From Thalia democratica (lineage: Eukaryota): a stretch of DNA of 64,000 nucleotides. The notes under the pieces are model-generated. The model saw only the letters and a list, made by a program, of their open reading frames with translations, did no database searches and was not told the origin of the DNA. The DNA is taken from the NCBI GenBank assembly GCA_965202585.1, contig OZ241829.1, positions 9,796,001 through 9,860,000 of the forward strand. Reading direction: 5' to 3'. A program made the position numbers and the translations under genes. This document shows, piece by piece, positions 36,001-48,531 of this stretch (the first letter of the stretch is position 1; every line of letters starts with the position of its first letter).

Positions 36001-39000
36001 ACTTAATTCAAAAAAGTTGAATAAAACTATTGTATATCCCAATTTTTACTCTACTTTTAATTTTAGATAAACGCAATATGAAACACAACATTGTGAACTA
36101 TTGTGATATTTTTATTCTTTGTAAATATATTTAAAATTGAAAATAGTTGTATTATGTACTTAAACATACAAAACCGTTACGAATCCTTTTTATTCATAAT
36201 TATTATTTATTCATTTCAAGTTGTTAACTTGAAATATTTTATTGTCTACTTATTATGGAAAAGTTAAAACACCATTTTTATTTGGTATATATTAGAGTGA
36301 ACTAAGGCTTTTAGTGTAATATAAAACTTACATAATTTTCAAAATTCTACCTAGGCTACAAATACTTTAGTACAATTTGAAAGTGCTTTGAACTTAAGTA
36401 AACTTAAGATTTTTTATGCAATGTAAAACTTTTATTAAACTATTCTACCTACGTTACAAAAATGCTTTTCGTTAGTTTTTTCAAACCTTGTTTTATTCGA
36501 TTTTATATAAAAATAATTTAACATCGATTTAAAACGCAACAAAAATACAAGTTTTTTCATTAATTTTTTACAAGCAAACAATTGCTAGTTTGCAGCGTTA
36601 GAAGTTAGTGCGGCGCTTAAACATCAGTTTTGCAATTTATAACAGTTTTCGCGTTAAAATCCATATTGGTATCAAGAAGTCGTAGACGAAACTCTGAATA
36701 CGTAATCAGTCGCGACAAGTGCTAGTTCAAGGAAGGTTGTCTTGCAACAAAGACAAGTTAGAATCAGGAAAAAAAGCTTGAAAATAGTTTTGAAACAAAT
36801 GTAACTAAGCTTAGATTAGAACTCTTTTGGAAATTTGTATTTTGAAGATATAATACTTTTTGTTTTCTTTGTTTGTTTATTTTTTTTCCAGTCTTAAACT
36901 AGTTGTAATTTTCAACAGTCTATTTTGAACGAAGCAGCTCCACAAACACAGCCTTGATTTTTTATACTTACTGTTTTAACATGGAATTAACTGCTATTCG
37001 TTTTTAAAACTTTGTAAATAGTGTTGTTGCAAATTTTTTAGTTTAGTTGATTTTCGAAAACTCGTTTTCATGAATAACTACTTAGCAAAAGTTTAAAAAA
37101 ATTAGTTTTTAAAATTTTTTTATCGCCTTTTTTCTAGTTAATTACTAATTTATTTTTCGCACCCTTACTAGTTATTACCCAAGGGACGGGGTAGTTCATT
37201 TGAGGACACCATAGTTTAAACTAAAAAAAATTCTTTTTAACGTTTCAATTTTATTTCACTGTCAAATTTTATAGAAGTCAGCGAAATTGATTTATATTAA
37301 ATCAATGGAAACTATTTTTATTAGTTTTTTAATACACCACTTAAAAATTTTCGTTAGTAATTAAACAAGTTTAGGTCATGTTTAATGTTAAACTAAGTTT
37401 CTTGGCAGATAAAATACTTTAAAAAGATTTCATTGTAATTTTCGAAAAATAATCTAAGACAAAAGAAGTTTTTCAAGGTCACTTAAAAATTGCAAACGTC
37501 TTTACAAGTTGATGTTTAAAAACTTCGTCTAATAAAACAATGGTCGTCAAGTAAATTCTTACAAGTTTCATGTGTACTCGACAAAGCGTTGAACATAAGC
37601 AAAGAAACAATATACTAAAAATACCTCGCTAATTGTTTATTTGACCAGCCTTATTTGTTGGTGATGTTGTGTGGTTTTATTGTTGTTTGTTGTGTGCTAA
37701 ACTTGCATTGATTGTCGCACAAACTTATCTAAACGTTCGTTAGTCGAACCAGCACAACCTATCAGAATAATTTGAAGTTTCTTTACGGCTGTATATGAGA
37801 ATTTAAAACTTATATAACAATGCTGAAAATATTTCGTTTACAAATATTGTTTTCACATACAACTGAAGGTTTAAAAGTCGTAGTTTGTTTAAACTAAAAA
37901 GTAATATTGTCACATTTTCCTTTATGATTTTAAATTCGCGTAAAAGTTTGATTGAAGTATAAGTTTTACTTAAAGTTATAGATTAATTAATATATATTAC
38001 TTAAAAAAATTTATATACTATTGATATTAAGTCAGTTATAATTTTTTTATGTCCGAACTGTTTAACTTTGCAAAATAAACGACATTTTTAAGTAAAGCTC
38101 TGTCTATGAAGTAGTTTATAAATTTTTGGCCACATCAAAAAGTTTTTTTAATGTAATTTGTCAAAACCGCGATAAAAGGTAATTCCCCTTTTTAAACAAG
38201 CTGACAGCCTTGGCCTGGGAGTTTCCCTAGATAGAAAAGAGACATATTGTCATGGTCGATACTATCTTATGAGTTAGAAAAGTATATCTCATTAAAATAG
38301 ACGTAACTTTAGAAAAACTGTTTTACTAGTTTTAATAAATTGAGTAAATTAGAGCACAAGAGGTAAGTACAAAAATAATTAAAAGTAAGACTTAGATGAA
38401 CTAAGTATATCTTAAGAAATAAATTTATATGAAACTTATTTAAACTAAGCTAAAATGGTAACCAATAGATCACAATCGAATAAGTAACTTAATAATTTGA
38501 AATGTAACTATACAGCAACCTAATAACATACTAACAAAAACTACTTTAAACACCAACCATTTCAAACTCATTAATTACTAGATTAAGTGTTTGTTAGTTT
38601 ACCAATTTTAAGACAGTTTAGAAATGTTATAAAAAAGTTTGACTACATTAATTAAATTTTTTGTTCTACAAAGTACCACACAATTTTTTGATAAGTACGC
38701 ATAATCAGTATTATGAAGTTGTTAAGTATGTTATAGATTAGTTATAATTTGTTTGGGCTACATTCAAAAGCTTATGCTTTAGTTAATACTAATTAAACAA
38801 AATTTTTCAAAAAATAGAGCTTATTTTACCGTACATGAGTGTTATTGTTAGACCAGAAGCCTAGTTGCTGGAGATTAAACATTTTTTAAGCAAAGTATGT
38901 CTAGTTAGTAGCCAAACAAGATTCAAAAATTATGTAATAAAGTGGCATATTTTATTTTAATTTTAAAAACATATTTTTATATATCCAAGTAGTCCTTGCA

Positions 39001-39127
39001 AATGATCACTTTTTTAAGTAGTTTTTAGCAAAACATAATTTTATTATTCCAAAAAACTATAAAAAACAATGTTTCACAAGCTTTAACCAACTAATTTCCC
39101 AAACAGATTTTTACTAATCAATTGAAC

Positions 39128-39682
39128 ATGGACATGACACGTGACCTCAATAAGCTAAAGATGGTGAGATACCATAAGAATAATGGGGATATTTTTGTAA
39201 TCGAAAGCTACATAGAGTTTCTTAACCGCCCCCTTCCGGAGCCAACCAATGGCGACATTCTTCCCCAGAATGCCGTCATGATGGCCCGGATGCGGGGGGC
39301 CGGGTTCTTCAGGAGGATGGCGACCAGGTTGGGGAACTTCATGCGCGCGTTGGGGTCGCTCTTCGGAGGTGCTTTCTTCTGCTGCTGGAAGTCCAAAGGA
39401 AGCAACGGCAAAGGAGGAGTTGATGTTGAAGCGACTGTGGACGCCTTTGAGGAGTTTCAGTTCACTATTGGTGAAAAGGAATACGAAAGCGATTCAAACA
39501 TTGAGTCTTCGGTTTGCTTCAAGGCACTCCAGAGCATGTTCCCTTGCTGCTTTAATGAAGTTAATGCAGTTGGTGAGGATGATCGTAAAATTACAATCCA
39601 TGAGTTTTTAAGGGAAGACCAGGGTAGTAATGCTGTACTTGACAGAGAAGCAATTTCGATTGGCAATATAACCCAGTTTTGA
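39128..39682 (+). CDS. Intronless orphan ORF, 184 aa, with an amphipathic basic helix and CC motifs
   Basis: First ATG at 39128; the ORF fills a GC-rich island; actaatttcccaaacag acceptor 21 nt upstream; FFRRMATRLGNFMRALGSLFGGAFFCCW and FPCCF segments. Confidence 0.62.
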   Translation: MDMTRDLNKLKMVRYHKNNGDIFVIESYIEFLNRPLPEPTNGDILPQNAVMMARMRGAGFFRRMATRLGNFMRALGSLFGGAFFCCWKSKGSNGKGGVDVEATVDAFEEFQFTIGEKEYESDSNIESSVCFKALQSMFPCCFNEVNAVGEDDRKITIHEFLREDQGSNAVLDREAISIGNITQF

Positions 39683-40489
39683 GGGAATTCCCCTAATTCT
39701 GAGGTGTTCTGAACTCCCCAGAAACGTTGCATGAGTTGAATTTCTTGGAACTTTTCGACAATTTTTTTTTTATGAACCTTTGTGCTATTGAATTGTTTTT
39801 GAACTTATGTAAATTGTATTTTTTAAAGGTTTGGAGATTGAAAAAAACTTTGTTAACCTTAATCACCATTTTTTTATTGTCAAAAAACTATTTTTAAAGT
39901 TTTGCTTGTCATACTAATCAAAGTATTTCGGTGTTCTTAACTTTGTATAACATTGATGTAACAAACTTCTGTATATAATTGTTACTTAAATTTTTTATAT
40001 GTTTTTGTTTTAGATTTTATAAATAGTTATAAATTGGACTTTGATGAGTTTAACCAATTCAAAACAAAAAAGATAGTTCTATATCCGAGGGTAAATATCA
40101 CAAACTAAACTAAATAGGTAGCTATAAGGTAAAACGTTTAAGTGTAAGTTTTTGATATAAATAAAGTTAAATTTATTTGAAACTTATTATTCAACAAGTT
40201 ATTCTTAAATCTATTGTATGTAACTAAAAATTATTTTTAAGTAAAAAACTATTGATATTCACCTATTTTCAGCAGAACTATAGCTTCTTGCAATAACTAA
40301 TACGATGTTTTTACACAAAGCAATCTACTATATTTAAAAAGTGACTGAGTAGATGGAAATTTTCAATAAATCAACTTCAAATCATAACAGTAAGCTCCGG
40401 TTTGTTGAGTTTTTTACAACTTTGAACAATTATAAAATGATAATTTGAAAGAGGTGTTCAAAGCAATACTTTAGTTTTGTGTTTTTTTT

Positions 40490-41450
40490 TTGTTTTCTGT
40501 CAATAAAAAGTTTATTTATTTTTGATAAAAACTTATGCGAGTTTTACTGTAGATGCTAATACGACTTAGGTCGAAAAACATTACGGAAAATTATATACTT
40601 TCTTTCTGACTAGATTCAGCTTCTATTAAAACGGTAAAGTTTGTTTATTTCAATAAAATTTAAACAAAAATATAAAACTTAGAAAAAAAAATTCACACAT
40701 TTTTATAATTACGCTTATAAGTTACGTGTTATTTAAAAAAACAAAAATAACTTAGAATCATAAAGTTTATCAAAGTTATTTTTATTGCTGCCTTACATTG
40801 ATTGCAGACTGACTACCACTTTTTTGTCGCAAAAAAACAATACTTGATGATATTTTAAATAAAAAAATCTAAGATAAGTAAAAAAAGTTCTACTAATCGA
40901 AGAATGAAAATCAACTACAAATCAAAACAGTAAACTCAAGTTTGTTTATTTTGTTAAAATATACAATTTATATAAACATTATAAAGTTGAAAGTTGAAAA
41001 ATTTAAAGATATGTTTAAGACAACAGTCTTAATTTACTTTCTTTAGTTTTCTTTTCTTGTTTGTTTATAATAAGTTTATCATTTTTGATACAAACTTATG
41101 CGAGTTTTATCAGAGATGCTAATAAGAAACATGGTGGGAAAATCTATGGAAAAGTATCGTATTATTTTCTATTTCATGCGATCCAACTTCTAACCCAAAC
41201 GGTAAGGTTTGTTTACTTACATAAAATTTAAGTACAAATATAAAAATTATTCTTTAAATACAGATTTGTACTTATTTTGATGATTACCTATTTTAACTCA
41301 GAATTTACATTTTACTTTATAAAAACTTGTTAACTTAAAGTTTGTCAAAGTTACTGCAAATATTATCATTGCTTTACATCATAAACAGGCAGACTACACC
41401 TTTTTTGTCTGATAAAACAAAAGACTTGATGATAAATCATTTTTAGATGG
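40490..41450. repeat. Old tandem duplication, about 565-585 bp period
   Basis: Shared anchors cttatgcgagtttta (40532/41095), aaacggtaa (about 40629/41197), aagttt.tcaaagtta, cagact and acttgatgata. Confidence 0.75.
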
Positions 41451-44400
41451 AAAAACAATCTTTTGATAATCTCGAAATTGTGATTAGAAGTTTAACATTC
41501 CGGTCTTTATGACGTCATAACGGTGTAAAAGTTCACGTAAGTTTATAACTACTTACAACAATTAATAACTTGTTATGTACTAATAATTTTTTTAGTTTTT
41601 TATATATCTATTTATGATTGCATTCTAAACAGAATAAATTTTACTTTTAATATTCAAATCATAATAGTTTGTGAAAACTTATTAACTGCTTCGGGCATTT
41701 TAAATATTTTATATATTGTTACGTCACATATGCTAGTATGCTTAGTATCTGAAAAAATATTCTAATAAATTAGCTACTGATTTAAACATATTTATACCCA
41801 ATTTATAATCAATCAACTTATTTTAAATTAAAACTCATAATAGCTTTGTTGAATAAAATGGACAATGATAAAACTAATTACAAAGTCATTAATAACACTT
41901 GTCCTTAACCTTTTGGTTTCGATAAACAGAATAGTAGTTATAGTATTGTTAAACTTTTTTGTTTTTTAATTTAATACATATTAGAAATGAATTTTTAAGA
42001 CGTTTGTTTTGATTAAATAATCTCTTACTTATTTTGCAATATTTGAAACAACTAGTTATTTTATTGATAGATCTGCAATTCAAGCATATACTAAGCAAAA
42101 CTTATCATGAAAAAGATCTTAAAGTTTTCGACACTTTATAACTAAAAAGAAATACAATTAAAATCTCATAGACCTAAGTAGTCTATGTTGACTCTTTGTC
42201 TAAAGATTTTACAATTGATCGACTTAAATGGTAACCATTGAGATAAAAAGCTAAGTGTGTTTTAAGATAAGTAATTTTTCAACAGGATGGTTTACATAAA
42301 TGTGCTTTGATGTAATTGTTGCTTGGAAATTCAATAAAACTTAAACTAATTTTGTACAATACAATACAAGTATTAGTTAAGTAATAAAGTAATTATAATC
42401 GACATTGTTTAAGTAAAAACAATGTTTGTATAAACTTTTTGTAAATGATTTGATGTTTTTTTTTTAAACTCCAATTGAAAACGCAAAAATAAACGATAGA
42501 AAGTACAAAATATTTTCAAAATATTTCCAGCATCTATCAAACTGGAAATACAATTTCTACAATTCGGGAATACAAAAAAACTTAAACTAATCACTACGAA
42601 TATCTGTTCACTAAAAGAAGCACTGCTTCAACAGAACACAGAGTAAAAGCTGTAAAAGGTAATATGCATTTTGATGAAATTTAGTCATTAAAATAAATTT
42701 ATTTTAGTCACTTTAAAATATTTCAACTACTTTGTATATAGTACTAACAAACATAGCAAAAAGCAGCCGTCGAAAAATCTTTTAAATGTGTTTATTTACA
42801 GTTTTAACGTTAATAAGAAAAGTTTGTACGATTAAAAGTCTAAATATGGCGGATATTATTTACAATCGTTATTGGTATACTTATGACTTAACGTCAAAAT
42901 GAAGGATAAATTTCGTGCTTTCAAAAACTTTTCAAAGAGGTTACGCTAAAAAAACTTTTAAGTAAAAGAAACAAAAGTTTTAAAAATGTTCTGATCAACA
43001 TTATCAAACCGAACTTTAAATCAACATCACCTGACTAGCGCACAACAATTCAACAGAATACTTTTAACATCAAAGCTTTACAATGAAGTTTTTCTGATGG
43101 CTATATTTAGATTTTCTTTAATCACGAGTTTTTAATCATTTTAAGAAAAACTAGATTACATCTGTTAGCTGCTTTGTCGCATATACAAAAGTTTATGCAA
43201 AATTGAAAAGCATTGTTGTAAACTTTATGAAAAGTTTGATTAACATGCGACTTGTTTAAAACTCTTGAGTAAATGTTTTAGCAAAATGTTTGTTAGGTTA
43301 TTAAGAAAAATATTTTACATACCGATCTTATTATTACGTAGTAATCAATCTCAATACATTATTTTCATGAAGCGGTGCACTTAGTTGACAAAACATTTAC
43401 TTTTGTTTTTTTTTGTTTTTTAAGCTATTGTTGTAATTATAAATTTATTGTGGTTTGCAGCAAATCACATCAGTATTTTCTGCACTTAAACACTATTTTA
43501 AACAGCTTAACTAACAATCTATATTTAATTTTCACGGTTAAAATCATTACAGAAAAACTTAAAGTTAAGTTTGTATAATATAACATAATCAAACTAAACT
43601 GATAATAAATATTTAAATACGCGAAAAACAGTATATATTTATCAGATATTACAAGTAATCAAAAAAACAAATAAAAAATAAAGCTAAAGATTAAAATCGG
43701 TTTCATAATTAGTTTTACTTTCTGAAACTACTTTTAATGGTTGACAAAAACAAATATTTATTGTTCCACATTCGTTACTTAGCTTCATAATATTTAATAT
43801 ATCTTCTTAAGGAGAAAACTCATAGTTCGATATTAAGATATAAGTGTAAAAATTAATGAAGAAACAAAATAAAAAACAGTATAAAACAAAAGTAAAACAA
43901 CAAAAGAAAAACAGAGCATCAGAATTTTTGATGTTTTGTGTTTTTGTCCATTTTCCCGACTTTTAATTACTTCGCATAATTGAGCCAACCTGATTTCTTA
44001 AATTTACTACACTATTAGGAAACAATAAAGTATATAACTAGGAATAACACAATAAAAACTTAAATAACTAAAATATTATTAAACAGAGTATCAAATTCAC
44101 ATTTTCTTCAGTCAGGGGCGACGGATTCGCTGAAATTGTATCCGCTAGTAGGCTGATATTGGCGGGAAATACGTTGCGTAAGGTTAAGCTTTGCAACGCG
44201 CATGCGCAGACCCTTGACAGAAGGCCCAAAGAAATCGGCTGCAGTTGTAAAGTTTTGGAAACTTTTTATTCACAATAACATTAAGCAAATAGGTAAGGTA
44301 ATAATACAGCAGTACATAAAGAGAATCTAAACACATTACCCTTACTAATATCACTTAAAACTTTCAATCTATATTTTTACCTTTAACCAACATTGCTCAA

Positions 44401-47125
44401 AAACATAACTAAGCAATCAAAAACAAAGTAAGAGAAACATGTTAAATATTATAAAAACATTTTCGAAGTATATTTATAGTTCTGTTGTTAGAAATACTTG
44501 GTACAGCACAGTTTAGTTAAAATTAAATATCCAGAACTTGAAATAATTTTAGCTTTAAATCATGTTTAAAATGAATTTTAATTTTTCTTAAACTCGTTTG
44601 TAGGAAATTAAAGTTTGTTTACGTGAAATTCAAACTTCACTAACTTAATATAATAAGATTTTTTTTTGTTTATCTACTGTTGTATGAGTGTTTATTTGCG
44701 GTGTATATATATAAATATAGCGATTTATATAGTTACTTAAACGTTCATTAGAAAATAGGTTAACTAAAGAACAATCCTAACAATTTATAAGTAAAATATG
44801 TGTTTTAAAAGTTATAGTAGGTGGAACATGTTTTTTGATTTAAGTGAAACAAAGCTATATAAGGCTGCGATACTGTATGTAATGTAAAACAAAAAATAAT
44901 TCAAATAGAATATAAATTTTAAGTAATTTAAATGTTTGAAAAATAAAATTTAAACTTAAACAAATCGTTGTAGAAAAATAACACTTATTATTTTCTCTGA
45001 TTATATAAAATCTACCACAATATGAAAGTAAAAGTTTTTGTTTTTGATTAACCCTTAGTTACATTCGTACTAAGGTTTTATTTTCCTAAAAAGAACAGTT
45101 ATTAACCAAAATAGTAGCTAACAAATGTTAACTTTAAAAAATGATTTTTAGTATTTTATTTTAGTTATTCACTAAATAGTTCTGCACGTGTGCTTAACTG
45201 TTTGTATTTAATTGCAGCAGCCTGCATTATAAGGAGGACGAAACCAAAACGCCGAACATCAAATGGAATTGCTGTTAATAGATGAGCGAAAACTAATGCT
45301 AATTGTGATGGCGGGAAAACATATCTGCTTTAAAATGCGGTTGAAATTATCACTACTAAGTTGATATTTCAAATATTGCAATGTCAATATCTTTTTTTAC
45401 TTGTTAATCAATAAACTATTATTAGCAACTGTTAATTGATTTAAGAAAGTACTGTCTTTACGGCATAAAAAAAACTCTAACTTATTTATTTCTACTGTTT
45501 TCAGTTAAAGTAAAATTAATTGTTATCTCCTAAAACTTTAGTATATTCTAGTTTTGAATTAAGAAAACGAAGAAATAAAAATATTCTTGATCGTAATTTA
45601 AATTAAGTCGTATACTTTATATATTTGTTTTTGCGAAAGATTTTAATTATTAAAACTGTAACAAATGTAACAAGTTTTGTAAATTTCAACACAAGTATGT
45701 TAGAAGTTGAATAGTTGTGTTGGGTAAAGGTTTTAACAAAGTTTTTGTGAAATTGTTAGAAAAGATATTTCACATTTAAATTTTTATTATTACGTAATAT
45801 TATTTATTTAATTTGTCGTATGTATAGCATCAAAGACTTTGCACTTTATTTGACTTATTTATTTATTTGTTTTTTTTTTTGAGCTAATAAACCATTGCGG
45901 TTTATCAACGTACAGTTGGTTTTAAATTTGACTTAAACGTTTTTTTTTATGTTTAACCGATTAAAAACTGAAAGTTATACGTTATTATAACATTTTAAAG
46001 CTAAGTTGTTTTAAATGTAAAATATCTAAAATCTACGGTTAGTTTAAGTAAAGCTAATGAAAATTTTAAAGGTTGAGCGAGTCAACAATAAAACAAAATT
46101 GGTTTTGATATTTAAATTTGCAAGACTTTTGGAACATACAAAAGTTGCTACTTCTTTATTTAAATGTTTAATAAAATAAGCGTTAGGTATATTAAATATT
46201 TTTCGTTTAAACTTGTTTTGCTAAATGTAAACAACTAAACTTTTAGTGTAAAAATTAGATTTATGGTTAAAGTAATTAATTTTTTTATACTAAAATACAG
46301 ATACTTTTTTTTTTAGTTTTATAAAAGTTATAAAATTTTACTATATCGATTTGAATTGAAAGCTTTAACTTGAATGAAAAATATATTTTGGTCAACTTAT
46401 TAAAACTAAACAAATTGAAAAAGTTCTAAAATCAATCGCACTTATATTCAAGAAATTAATAAACTCAACACAGGGTAGAGCAGTCTTTAGTAACGGGTAT
46501 AAATTGGTTAAAAATAGTATCGGATGTTTAGTATTTTATAATTATAATACATAAGTATATTAAAGTATTATATATAACATAGATAAAAACTCATTGTGTT
46601 TGTATTTAACTTATTTATTGTTGTTTAAAATAATTCGTCTAACTGTTAACTTGACAAACTTGCTTGAGTCACATAAAAAGTATATATTGTCTAATTGAAA
46701 ATTGTAATATACTTTATCAATCTCAAAATGGATTTATGACGTAGCGACGAATAAGTACTTTTCAAATTACACCTAAAAAAAGTTGTCTTAATAATAATTT
46801 TTGTCCAAAAAATATATTTTTAACTATTTTAGTTTAGTCGCATTTTTAGTTAAAGTTAGAATTAATTTACCAGTAAAAAGCTGCTAGCGGGAGGCACTGT
46901 ATAAAAAAGTATTTTTCGTGCCGCAGAAACTTACATGAAGTTTGTAATAATCAACATAAAAGTATTATTTAAAACTAAAAGTGAGATAAAACAAGCAATA
47001 GTAGAGCATTATTTTTTTAAGTAACTATATAATTGTTACCATGATTGTAAACTTTTACAACAATAACTTTTCTTGTTACTATTTTAAAAAAGTATGTTTT
47101 GAGCTAAAAAGTACCTCGCGGATCT

Positions 47126-47140
47126 GTTTGCCGACCCCTG
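47126..47140 (-). mobile_element. Isolated hAT-like terminal inverted repeat remnant
   Basis: Reverse complement reads CAGGGGTCGGCAAAC, a typical hAT MITE terminus; partner end not clearly found. Confidence 0.4.
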
Positions 47141-48531
47141 ACTCAGAAAATTACTGTCTTGTGTTTTTATAACTTTTAAATATGTAAGTAAAGAAGTCAA
47201 AGATTTTTTAATAAGGTTTATCTATCATCGTTTAAAAATATTATGAAAGTATTTCTTTAATCACTGATACAAACTAATTTAAAATAAAACATTTGTAGAA
47301 ATTTTCAATAAGTTTTGTGCTAAACGTGTTTTAAAATAAAGTTTTTGAATCGTTTAGAAACGTCTTATATATCAAAGTTTCTTTAAAAACTGTTTTTAAT
47401 CAAATAAAAAATGCTAATACGAGTATATGAGTAATAAAACAGTTTAGTTTACGTAAACAAAAAAAAAATCAGTTAAATACAGAATAGATAAAAGCAGAAA
47501 ATATTGAATTTTATTTTTTTAAGGTCCTGGAAACACAAGAAATATAAATAAATGGATTAGAACTATTAATATACTAGTTTTATTTGTTTGCATTTTTAAT
47601 AGCTGAAACTCAACTAAAACTTTTGCGAAAATTAGTGTATACTAGGATGAAACGATTAACATTTAGTAAACTAACTTATTAAAAGTTCTTCAACACAAAA
47701 TTAACAAGAACTTCAAATATATTTTTTGTACATTTTGTTATTTGTGTAGTCGTATAAACGGAAACGAATGTTTCTGTTTTATGAATTTTTAGTCTACAAA
47801 ACGAAAATGAAAGTGTAATTATTTATGACCAACTCTTATAATCTAAAACGTAATAATTAACCGTTTATTTAGTTAACTTTTTTTTATCCTTTCAAAGTTT
47901 TACAACCAAAGTTTGCTTAAAAGGTGAAGCGTATATTTTCAGATGAAACTAACTTAAAACTAAACTTTCATGTATTAAGCTATTAGTAAGATATCAATAA
48001 AAAAACATCTAAGGAAGAGAATAAAAGAACACATACCAAATGTGTAAAGAATTTTTGCCTGACAGAAAAGAAAGATGATATACCGGTAAAGGTTTTAAAC
48101 GCATCTAAACGTTCAACTATTTCAGTTTATTCAGTTAATAATCCAACTTGTGCAAACAATTATAGTATAGATAGATTTAATATTATTAAAATTTGTAGTA
48201 ATGTTTTCGATTTGATAAAATAGAAGCCATTTGTATTTTATAAAGGAAACCTGTTTTATGTAAGCAAAAGTATTTTGATTATACTATTTCTTTATTTTCG
48301 TAACATTTTATAAGCTTTGTTTTTATTTACGTTTAGTTTTACTGTAGATCAATTATAACAAAAATTGAGTTTTTTAATTATTTAAACAAAATAAACTATC
48401 GCACTCTATTTGTATTATTAGCTCTTTACACTTGTAAATCGAGCACTCTTAAATAGTAATAGTCAAATTTACTAGTACAGCAAGGCCCCAGAAAATCTCT
48501 GTTGAGCCATCTACACATTTTACTATTAATA

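Noticed and set aside
32827-39732. Short overlapping ORFs inside the two GC-rich orphan islands
   Set aside because: Alternative-frame or antisense by-products of higher GC content.
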